From Bdellovibrionales bacterium (GTDB taxonomy: Bacteria; Bdellovibrionota; Bdellovibrionia; Bdellovibrionales; UBA1609), in assembly GCA_043764155.1 (NCBI GenBank), contig JAYUKW010000001.1:118027-182026 (forward strand): a stretch of 64,000 nt of DNA, given 5' to 3'. The notes under the pieces were generated by a model. The model saw only the letters and a list, made by a program, of their open reading frames with translations, was not told the DNA's origin and searched no databases. The position numbers were made by a program, and so were the translations under genes. This document shows, piece after piece, positions 17,921 through 25,558 of the stretch. The stretch's first letter is position 1; every line of letters starts with the position of its first letter.

Positions 17921-18932
17921 AAATACGTTTGGTCATATGTTTCAATTGCACACTTTTGGTGAAAGTCATGGTCCATCTATGGGACTTGTGATTGATGGTT
18001 GTCCGTCAGGTCTAAAAATTGATGAAGCTAAAATTGTGAAGTATTTAAATCGAAGACGTCCTGGTCAAAATGCTTTCGTGACGGCAAGAAATGAAAGCGA
18101 TGATTTTAAAATTTTAAGTGGCATTTATGAATCTAAAACATTAGGAACACCAATTGCTGTTGAAATTTTAAATCAAGATCAGAAATCGGCTGATTATGCT
18201 GAAGTTAAACCCAGAAAGGGACATGCGGATCAAGCATGGAAAGATAAATTTGAACACGTGGATTTGCGGGGTGGCGGAAGAGCCTCAGGGCGTGAAACTG
18301 TCAGCCGTGTTTTTGCCGGAGCCATTGCTAGACAGGCTTTAGAAGTTTTAAATCCCGAACTTAAAATTTATGTGTGGATAGAAAGTGTAGGACCAATTAA
18401 AAGTAAAGCTCAGTTTAAAGACTTTAGACTTCAATTTGATAATTACTTAGGACTTAAAACGGATTTAGGCTTTGCAGATGACTCCCAATTAGATGTTTTA
18501 AAAACCATGCTTGAAGACGCCAAATCTAATGGTGAAAGCTATGGTGGGGTTATCAAGGTTAAAATTAAAGGCCCCAATGCTGGATTAGGTCAACCTGTGT
18601 TTTCAAAATTAAAATCTGACTTGGCTTCAGCTTTATTTTCGATTGGGGCTGTTCAAGGAATTAATTTAGGCGATTCAAATGTCAGTTTAAAGGGCAGTGA
18701 ATTTCATAAATTAGATCAGCCCTACGGCGGTATTCAGGGTGGGATTTCTACAGGACAAGATATTGAGCTAGAGGTTTTATTTAAACCCACGTCAAGTATT
18801 CAAGATGTAGCAAAAACTGGAAGACATGATCCTTGCATTATGCCTCGGGCCTTGGTTGTTGTAGAATCGATGATCGCTATGGTGCTCCTTGATCATACAC
18901 TGCTTAAGCGTTTAGATCGTTTAAATATATGA
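17910..18932 (+). CDS. aroC: chorismate synthase
   Basis: HTFGESHGP, RGGGRASGRET. Start set at the ATG at 17910 (MSFRNTFG...), overlapping the upstream stop; the track ORF start at 17868 is an upstream extension. Confidence 0.85.
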   Translation: MSFRNTFGHMFQLHTFGESHGPSMGLVIDGCPSGLKIDEAKIVKYLNRRRPGQNAFVTARNESDDFKILSGIYESKTLGTPIAVEILNQDQKSADYAEVKPRKGHADQAWKDKFEHVDLRGGGRASGRETVSRVFAGAIARQALEVLNPELKIYVWIESVGPIKSKAQFKDFRLQFDNYLGLKTDLGFADDSQLDVLKTMLEDAKSNGESYGGVIKVKIKGPNAGLGQPVFSKLKSDLASALFSIGAVQGINLGDSNVSLKGSEFHKLDQPYGGIQGGISTGQDIELEVLFKPTSSIQDVAKTGRHDPCIMPRALVVVESMIAMVLLDHTLLKRLDRLNI

Positions 18933-20308
18933 GAAACTTTTATTATATCTTATTTTTATTTCTCACGAACTGCACATTTTTAGGTTTGATCCCTGAGCTA
19001 AACCAGGTCACAAATGATCCTAAAATTGAAGCTCAGATTTTAGAAGAAACAAATCTTCATCCTTTTGCTATTTGGCAGGGTTTAACGACTAGCTCTACGA
19101 CAAACATAAAAATTTTAGCAAAAAAAATGGACAAGATTTATTTTAAAGTTTTTGAAAATGAAAAAGAAATTAAAACTATAAATCAAGAGCGTGTTGACGC
19201 TGGAACTACAGACTATGCTGTTTACAAATTAGAGATTTCAAAACTGTCTATTAATACAAATTATACGTTTCAAGTTTTTAAAGATTTACAAATTATTGAT
19301 CAGCGAAATTTTCAAACTGTGGATTTAAAATCCAAAACTGCTAAAATCGGTGTTTTGTCCTGCACTCATGATATCTACAGGGATATTCAATTTAAAATGT
19401 GGAATGATTATTTAAAGCAAGACCCTACATACACCTTCATGATTGGGGATAATGTTTACGCGGATACTCTTCTGCCGTCTAAGGATAAAATTTTTAATTT
19501 TAAACATGCCACCGAGCCCATGTTATGGAAAAGGTATGTTGAGACCTTTAATATTCTTTCTTATTACAGAATAGCAAGATTGGTTCCCACTTTAGCCATT
19601 TGGGATGATCACGATTACGGATTTAATAATGGGGATCAATCTTATCCTTATAAAAAAGAATCTTTAAAAGTTTTTGAAACATTTTACGGTTCTAGATCTG
19701 TGCCACAAATCACTGAAAAATTAGCAGGTGCAGGGTATATATTTAATGCCTTTGACCAAAGATTTATTTTTTCAGATGGACGCACGTTTAGATCTGAACC
19801 AAAAAAGATAAAACAAATGGCTAGTAAAACGCCTGATAAGGAATCAGAATCTCATTGGGGCAAAGATCAAACTTCTAAAATATTAAGATCGATGACTATT
19901 GAAAAACCTACTTGGATTATTAAAGGAGATCAATTTTTTGGTAAGTATCACACTTTTGAATCTTTTGAAGTGAATCACCCCAATGATTTCAAAAACTTTT
20001 TAGCTGAATTAAAAAAAGTTAAATCTAAAGCTTTTTTTGTAAGTGGGGATCGACACTTAAATGAACTGATGAAAATTGATTCAAATGAGACCGGCTACGA
20101 GACCTACGAACTGACTTCAAGTGCTATGCACGCGGCTGTTTTTCCTAACGCATGGAAAAAAAACCCAAATCCAAGACAAATTTTTGGTGCCTCTGGGGTT
20201 CATAACTACTCTATTGTTGAAATTAAAAGTTCTTCGCCTTGGCAGATGAAGGTGCTTTCTTACGGACCAAAAATGAAAATCCTTTATCAGCAAGACTTAA
20301 ACTTTTAA
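18929..20308 (+). CDS. PhoD-like metallophosphatase, probable lipoprotein
   Basis: 459 aa; LTNC lipobox-like signal; WDDHDYGFNNGD and SGDRHLNEL; ATGA overlap with aroC. Confidence 0.7.
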   Translation: MRNFYYILFLFLTNCTFLGLIPELNQVTNDPKIEAQILEETNLHPFAIWQGLTTSSTTNIKILAKKMDKIYFKVFENEKEIKTINQERVDAGTTDYAVYKLEISKLSINTNYTFQVFKDLQIIDQRNFQTVDLKSKTAKIGVLSCTHDIYRDIQFKMWNDYLKQDPTYTFMIGDNVYADTLLPSKDKIFNFKHATEPMLWKRYVETFNILSYYRIARLVPTLAIWDDHDYGFNNGDQSYPYKKESLKVFETFYGSRSVPQITEKLAGAGYIFNAFDQRFIFSDGRTFRSEPKKIKQMASKTPDKESESHWGKDQTSKILRSMTIEKPTWIIKGDQFFGKYHTFESFEVNHPNDFKNFLAELKKVKSKAFFVSGDRHLNELMKIDSNETGYETYELTSSAMHAAVFPNAWKKNPNPRQIFGASGVHNYSIVEIKSSSPWQMKVLSYGPKMKILYQQDLNF

Positions 20309-20319
20309 AGGATCTATGT

Positions 20320-20709
20320 ATGGCTAGTGTATTTACAAAAATTTTAAGTCATGAGCTTCCGTCTTATAAACTTTATGAAGACGAGCACACACTTGCTATT
20401 TTAGCTTTAAATCAGATTCAATTAGGTCACACACTTATTATTTCTAAACGTGAAGAGAATCATTTTTTTGATCTAAATGATGTGGAATATACGGCATTAA
20501 TGAACACCACAAAAAAGTTAGCTAAGGCGATTAAAAAAGCTACGGGTTGTAATCGTGTGTGCACCTTTTTTCAAGGCTTTGAAGTCCAGCATGTTCATCA
20601 TCACCTAGTTCCAACCCAATCATCTAAAGACTTTAATTTAGCAGTTCAAACACCCAGGTCTGTAGAAGATATGAAGTCTATTCAAGCCAAGATCATTGAT
20701 GCATTATAG
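20320..20709 (+). CDS. HIT-family nucleotide hydrolase
   Basis: HVHHHLVP histidine triad. Start set at the ATG at 20320 (MASVFTKIL...); the track ORF start at 20239 overlaps the previous gene. Confidence 0.85.
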   Translation: MASVFTKILSHELPSYKLYEDEHTLAILALNQIQLGHTLIISKREENHFFDLNDVEYTALMNTTKKLAKAIKKATGCNRVCTFFQGFEVQHVHHHLVPTQSSKDFNLAVQTPRSVEDMKSIQAKIIDAL

Positions 20710-20733
20710 ACTTTATTGCTATGAGGTTGATAA

Positions 20734-21231
20734 ATGAATTTGAATGAATTTACTAAGATAACTTATAAAATAGTTGGGATTTTTTTAAGCCTCATTTTGA
20801 TAAATTCATCAGCCTTAGCCGAAATTGTATTTAAGCCGTCCTTGGGTATTGGGGCGGGGGAGTACTTAAATGATAAGTTCACCGAAATCAGACTTGGTGG
20901 ATCACTCCATTTGGTTGAAGCCCCCCTTGCTTTTGAACTGCATGGATTTCAAAGAGTTATTCACGAGAAAGAAGATTTTTATGGCTTAGATTTAGAAATG
21001 AAACTTAAAAGACAATTTAAAATTTCCGATCAGTACATGATAGGAACTTACATTGGTCCGGGATATAGATTTGCGACAAATGATTTAGATGCTCCACTTC
21101 TAGATTTTTCACTTGTGGTGTCCAAATCAAATGCATTTAGTTTACACCTTGGATACAAAATTATTTTATTGGATTGGGGCAGCCAAGATTATAAAAATGA
21201 TAGTCTGGCCTATTTTGGATTACAGCTATAA
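20734..21231 (+). CDS. hypothetical exported protein (possible small outer-membrane beta-barrel)
   Basis: 165 aa; signal peptide ending ALA; alternating hydrophobic pattern. Confidence 0.4.
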   Translation: MNLNEFTKITYKIVGIFLSLILINSSALAEIVFKPSLGIGAGEYLNDKFTEIRLGGSLHLVEAPLAFELHGFQRVIHEKEDFYGLDLEMKLKRQFKISDQYMIGTYIGPGYRFATNDLDAPLLDFSLVVSKSNAFSLHLGYKIILLDWGSQDYKNDSLAYFGLQL

Positions 21232-21276
21232 AACGTAAATTATTATAATTATAAAATCTAAAAGGACAAAAGTTAT

Positions 21277-21828
21277 ATGTTACATATTATTGTAGGTACG
21301 GACCGAGTGGGCTCAAATTCAGCGAAAGTGGCTAAAATCGCTCAAAAAAGATTTCAACAGCTTGGCGTAGAAACAGAATTAATTGAACTTGAGAAATTGC
21401 CCCTGTCGGAATTGAACGGCACGATGTACGGAGCTAAAGATAAAATGCCACTTGGTATTTCAAAAGTAATCAATTCATTAAACGAAAGTGATGGCCTTTA
21501 TATCGTTTGTCCCGAATACAATGGTTCAATGCCTGGGGCTTTAAAATATTTTATTGATTTTTGGGAGTACCCAACGACGTTTGAAAATAAACCAGTGGCT
21601 TTTGTTGGATTAGGCGGAAAATTCGGTGGGCTAAGACCTGTAGAGCACTTACAGCAAGTTTTTGGATACAGAAATGCGTATTTATTTCCAGAAAGAATTT
21701 TTATTACTAACGTATGGAATGGATTGGGTCCAGATGGACTTTTGGATGAAACATTAGATAAGCTTTGGATTAAGCAGATTCAAAGATTTTCTAAATTTGT
21801 TGGTGTTAGAAGATTAGTAGATCTTTAG
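21277..21828 (+). CDS. NAD(P)H-dependent FMN reductase family protein
   Basis: 183 aa; flavodoxin-like; IVCPEYNGSMPGALK motif. Confidence 0.7.
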   Translation: MLHIIVGTDRVGSNSAKVAKIAQKRFQQLGVETELIELEKLPLSELNGTMYGAKDKMPLGISKVINSLNESDGLYIVCPEYNGSMPGALKYFIDFWEYPTTFENKPVAFVGLGGKFGGLRPVEHLQQVFGYRNAYLFPERIFITNVWNGLGPDGLLDETLDKLWIKQIQRFSKFVGVRRLVDL

Positions 21829-21923
21829 TGATTACCGATAAAACATTAGAATAATAGTTTTATTTAAAATTGTTTATTGAAATTAAAAATAAAATATATG
21901 TATTAAGAAATAAGAAGGCACAA

Positions 21924-22727
21924 ATGAAAATTGAAAGTTTTTTTGAACAGATATGGAATCAGTACACAAATCTAAATCCAGAGGCTTTAAAAATTCACCA
22001 GCTTTTAAAAAAACAAGGTGATGAAATTTTTAATGATCATATTGCTTACAGAACTTTGAAACATCCCAAGTTAGGTATTGAATCTTTGGCTAAGTTTTTT
22101 AAAGATTTTGGATATGTTGAAAAATCAGATTATCATTTTGAAGTTAAAAAACTTTATGCAATTCATTTAGAAAATATAAAAAGCCCAGAATTACCAAAAA
22201 TTTTTATTAGCGAACTTTTAACGGATAAGTTTTCGCCTGAATTACAAAAAACTATGAATCAATTAGTAGATCAAATTCCAGCAAAAACACTTTCGGACCC
22301 ATCTTTGTGTATGGCCGGGCGTTTGTGGACGGCGAATCATAAAACATATCAATCCCTTTATAAAGAAAGCGAATATGCGGCTTGGTTTTATGCCTATGGT
22401 TTTTGTGCGAATCATTTCACGGTAAATATTAATAATTTGAAAGCCTTTAAAGAAGTTCAAGATTTAAATGAATTTTTAATGAAACATGGGTTTCAAATGA
22501 ATGAAAGTGGGGGATTGGTAAAGGGAACACCAGACGATCACTTAGAACAAAGCTCAACTATGGCTTACGAAAAAGAATTAAAATTTGATGATGGTGTTTT
22601 CAAAGTTCCTTCTTGTTACTACGAATTTGCAAAAAGATACCCAATGAAAGACGGAAAAATGTACCAGGGATTTGTAGCCAAATCTGCTGATAAAATTTTT
22701 GAAAGTACGAATCAAAGAGGTCATTAA
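21924..22727 (+). CDS. DUF1338 / 2-oxoadipate dioxygenase-decarboxylase (HglS-like) family protein
   Basis: NDHIAYRT and CYYEFAKR motifs; start set at the internal ATG at 21924 (the track ORF begins at a TTG at 21870). Confidence 0.65.
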   Translation: MKIESFFEQIWNQYTNLNPEALKIHQLLKKQGDEIFNDHIAYRTLKHPKLGIESLAKFFKDFGYVEKSDYHFEVKKLYAIHLENIKSPELPKIFISELLTDKFSPELQKTMNQLVDQIPAKTLSDPSLCMAGRLWTANHKTYQSLYKESEYAAWFYAYGFCANHFTVNINNLKAFKEVQDLNEFLMKHGFQMNESGGLVKGTPDDHLEQSSTMAYEKELKFDDGVFKVPSCYYEFAKRYPMKDGKMYQGFVAKSADKIFESTNQRGH

Positions 22728-22728
22728 T

Positions 22729-23415
22729 ATGAAATTATACATATCTTTTATGTTATTACTGTTTTCAGTTAGTTCATATGCAGGACTAGCAGAGTTTGGA
22801 ACTATTAATTCTACTTCACCAGGTGTTGTTGTCTTTACTTTGCATGATGGAAATCCAATTAAGAAATATTGTGTGATTGAACTAACTGTATCCGAAAAAA
22901 AAATAAAATGGATCAGTCATCCCTTAGAAGAAGCTTATGTTAAGCGTGACCCACGTTTTTTGTATAACTTTAACGATAAACAACTTTTAATTGGTTCGAT
23001 TGGAAAAGATAAGAAAGATAATATTACAGCTCAAGTGCACTTCTACACAAAGGGTTTGCAAACTCTTGATCTTTTGGCTGAAGCAGAATGCACTGACCGT
23101 GCCGAGATCACAGTTGAAAACAAAGCGATTGATTTTTCGTGTGGCAATAAAGTTAAAACAGTGAAGTTAGAGCAAGATTTAAAATCAAAAGTAACAAGTG
23201 GTTTTCCAACAGAATCCATCGAGTTTAAAGGTAAAGTCTCAGAAGTCAAAAATGATGATTGGCGGTTCGAAATTGCTGAAACAGACAATTATTTTAAAGA
23301 TAGATTTCTAGTTTTTCAAGGCAATCAACTTTTAAAAGAGTACAAATCCAAAGACTTTATGCGTTGCTTTGAGTATGAAACCTTGAAGGGCTCACAAGAT
23401 AAGTTTTCAGAATAA
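22729..23415 (+). CDS. hypothetical secreted protein
   Basis: Signal peptide MKLYISFMLLLFSVSSYAG from the ATG at 22729, with an AGAGG RBS. Confidence 0.5.
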   Translation: MKLYISFMLLLFSVSSYAGLAEFGTINSTSPGVVVFTLHDGNPIKKYCVIELTVSEKKIKWISHPLEEAYVKRDPRFLYNFNDKQLLIGSIGKDKKDNITAQVHFYTKGLQTLDLLAEAECTDRAEITVENKAIDFSCGNKVKTVKLEQDLKSKVTSGFPTESIEFKGKVSEVKNDDWRFEIAETDNYFKDRFLVFQGNQLLKEYKSKDFMRCFEYETLKGSQDKFSE

Positions 23416-23554
23416 TATTTTTTAGATAAATAAATCTAGTTTCTAAATTTATTGAATTACTAGATTAAATTAATATAGTAATTAAGCTGACCATTATACG
23501 TAAGGTCATGTAGGAATTATTTGTATTTTAATATTAGTGTCCTACTCTAATTGT

Positions 23555-23866
23555 ATGAACCTAAAAAAAATATTTTCTGTGCTAGTAGTCTTATATTTTG
23601 GAATTTCTTTTGTCAGTGCAGAGGTTTCTAAACCTCGAACTTTGATTCCTGTTCCAGCTAAATTTAAAAACTGTAAAGTGGACTCAGACTGTCAGCTTGT
23701 CGGAACTCTGTGTGGCTGTTGCGATTATGATGTTATCAACTCTTCAAAGGTTGAAGCTTACACGAAGATGGAAAAGCAATGCAAAGTGGTGCCACCACCA
23801 TGTGATTGCCCTAAGTCTGATAAAACCTTTAAGTGTGTAGCTCAGATGTGTAAAGTCACTAACTAG
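23555..23866 (+). CDS. small cysteine-rich secreted protein
   Basis: About 103 aa from the ATG at 23555; signal peptide; 12 Cys in the mature part, including CGCC and CDC. Confidence 0.5.
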   Translation: MNLKKIFSVLVVLYFGISFVSAEVSKPRTLIPVPAKFKNCKVDSDCQLVGTLCGCCDYDVINSSKVEAYTKMEKQCKVVPPPCDCPKSDKTFKCVAQMCKVTN

Positions 23867-24330
23867 AAAAGAGATCTAGGTATAATTCTTGGAACTTGTT
23901 TTAAATATTTTTTATAGGGTTCGCCAAATTGCTGAGTTAAAAATTTTTCCTCTAAACTTACTTTAATAAGTAAAATTATAATTAGAAGGACAGAGCTCAT
24001 GAAGGCATACAAAGACAAGAAAAATAGCGACCAACCAAAACTTAAAAAAACTCCGGATAAATAAATTGGATTTCTGACCCAAGAAAAAGGCCATTTGGTC
24101 ACAAGTTCTGATGTAGATCTTTGTTTCGCTCGAACTTCAAAATTTGTACTCATTGTAAATATCGAAGCCAAAAATAAAAAAGCACCTAAAAAAATTGAAA
24201 TTAATCCTATAATAAAATGTACACTTAAAGGTTCTAAGTCTAAATTAGAATATTCAAATTCATAAAATGGAGCATAAAAAATTAAACCGATAGTTAAGAG
24301 CTGCGCGGTTAAAACTAAGTTTGCTTTCAC
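23863..24330 (-). CDS. isoprenylcysteine carboxyl / phospholipid methyltransferase-family membrane protein
   Basis: 155 aa; 4 TM segments; VRNPIYLSGVFLSFGW motif; GTG start with a GAGGA RBS. Confidence 0.6.
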   Translation of the reverse strand: MKANLVLTAQLLTIGLIFYAPFYEFEYSNLDLEPLSVHFIIGLISIFLGAFLFLASIFTMSTNFEVRAKQRSTSELVTKWPFSWVRNPIYLSGVFLSFGWSLFFLSLYAFMSSVLLIIILLIKVSLEEKFLTQQFGEPYKKYLKQVPRIIPRSLF

Positions 24331-24333
24331 AGA

Positions 24334-25029
24334 TTAATCCTCAATTGAATATTCGAACGGATAATCCATTCGAGGGATAAGGGCTTGTTTCACTTCTGAG
24401 AACCAATGTCTTTTTTGTGGGTCCCAGCGAAATCCAATTCGACGGGCTTTATCTCGGTCATCAAATCCAACGTGAGCAAAGACCTTAACAAGAGGGGACT
24501 GTTGAATCATCACAATCTCTTCAATGTCATACTTAGATAAAAGCTTTAAAGTGGTCAAAACATCAAAAAGGGCGCGGTGGGCAAATGGATTTAAAAAACC
24601 GTGCTCAGCGGCAAGGTAGGACAGCTTTCTGGTTTTAATTTCTTGGGCGTAAGGAATATCAGTTAAGGTGTCGATCCAAGGTTTTTTAAGCTTAGGCATT
24701 TGGTAACTTAAATAGGCTTGATTTAAAAACTCAGAATCAAAGCTAATGGCGTTGTGGCCCACTAAGTATTCAGCTTGGTTAGCGAGTTCAGTTAATGTTT
24801 TAAGAGCGTCACTTAAAGGGATCCCGTACGTCTTCAAATCTTCAGATGATATTCCAGTGATACTTTGAACTTCGTTCGAAAGATCTATGTTATCGAAATA
24901 GATAAGTTCGTTAAAAATCTTTTTGGGTGCTTGTCCTTCGGTGTCCCAAAGCACAGCCCCAATTTCAATGATTTGGTCTTTTTCAAAACTTAATCCAGAG
25001 GTTTCTAAATCGACTCCTAAAACTAACAT
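24334..25029 (-). CDS. DEDDh 3'-5' exonuclease (DnaQ-like) with C-terminal DUF5710-like domain
   Basis: LGVDLETSGL, VGHNAISFDSEFL, HRALFDV; C-terminal RRIGFRWDPQKRHWF. Start moved to the ATG at 25029 (AAAGGA RBS), because 25030-25146 of the track ORF covers the rnpB terminator and rnpB 3' end. Confidence 0.75.
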   Translation of the reverse strand: MLVLGVDLETSGLSFEKDQIIEIGAVLWDTEGQAPKKIFNELIYFDNIDLSNEVQSITGISSEDLKTYGIPLSDALKTLTELANQAEYLVGHNAISFDSEFLNQAYLSYQMPKLKKPWIDTLTDIPYAQEIKTRKLSYLAAEHGFLNPFAHRALFDVLTTLKLLSKYDIEEIVMIQQSPLVKVFAHVGFDDRDKARRIGFRWDPQKRHWFSEVKQALIPRMDYPFEYSIED

Positions 25030-25061
25030 GTGATGTCCTTTTGTTGGAACTTTTCTTTTTA

Positions 25062-25088
25062 TAAAATGGCGGGGGTCTTTCGACCCCC
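25062..25088 (-). terminator. intrinsic terminator of rnpB
   Basis: On the - strand: GGGGGTC-GAAA-GACCCCC (7-bp GC stem, GNRA loop), followed by GCCATTTTAT. Confidence 0.7.
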
Positions 25089-25100
25089 ATTGACGAACCT

Positions 25101-25467
25101 GTAAGTTTCTCTTTAAGCCGGATTCTGTAACTTTAAAAATCGTCACAATTTTTAAAATCTAACCATCATTCCTCTAGGATTAAAGTTACCTTTAACCTCA
25201 AGCAATCTACCCGAAAACTGGTGCGAGCCGCACTCATAGCGTTTCCCTATTTGACCTTGCTTCGCGCAGAGTTTTGCTGTTTTCACTCCAACAGCTCCCC
25301 GAAGATCTCCCGTTCCCGATCTAAGGATCATAGCCTTGGACATTCTCTCTGTTCCACTGTTCCTCATCTTACGATGGAGGGGCGTTACCCCATGCGCTGC
25401 TCTACGAAGTCCGGACTTTCCTCCAAAATGGTTTAACCCATTTCAGCGATGGTCTTTCAAAACTTAC
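25101..25467 (-). ncRNA. rnpB: RNase P RNA (bacterial type A-like)
   Basis: The - strand contains GGAGGAAAGUCCGGAC (CR-I/P4 5'), GGUAACGCC, CAGUGGAACAGAGAG, GCAAGGUCAAAUAGGG, GGGUAGAUUGCUUGAG, CCUAGAGGAAUGA and ACAGAAUCCGGCUUA (P4 3'). P1 pairs GUAAGUUU with AAACUUAC; P2 pairs GACCAUC with GAUGGUU. Confidence 0.93.
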
Positions 25468-25490
25468 ATTATAATGGATATTGAATTTTA

Positions 25491-25518
25491 GACCGAATGA
25501 CAAGGACTGATTTCCTAT
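25491..25518. repeat. solitary degenerate copy of cassette D (rc orientation)
   Basis: gaccgaatgacaaggactgatttcctat shares the 12-mer cgaatgacaagg plus ctg..tcctat with the D' regions of E1 (3530-3553) and E2 (39979-40000). Confidence 0.5.
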
Positions 25519-25558
25519 ATCTGAATAAGATAGGTTTAAACTGTTTCGGTTGCAGTTT

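Noticed and set aside
25030-25146. N-terminal 39 codons (GTG start) of track ORF 24334-25146
   Set aside because: This region covers the rnpB P4/P1 3' strands and its GC-hairpin terminator. The internal ATG at 25029 has an AAAGGA RBS and puts the DEDD motif I at the N-terminus, as in homologues.
25152-25436. Track ORFs 25152-25367 (-) and 25221-25436 (+)
   Set aside because: Both lie entirely within the RNase P RNA gene, whose conserved motifs are unambiguous. They have no RBS and no protein-like features.
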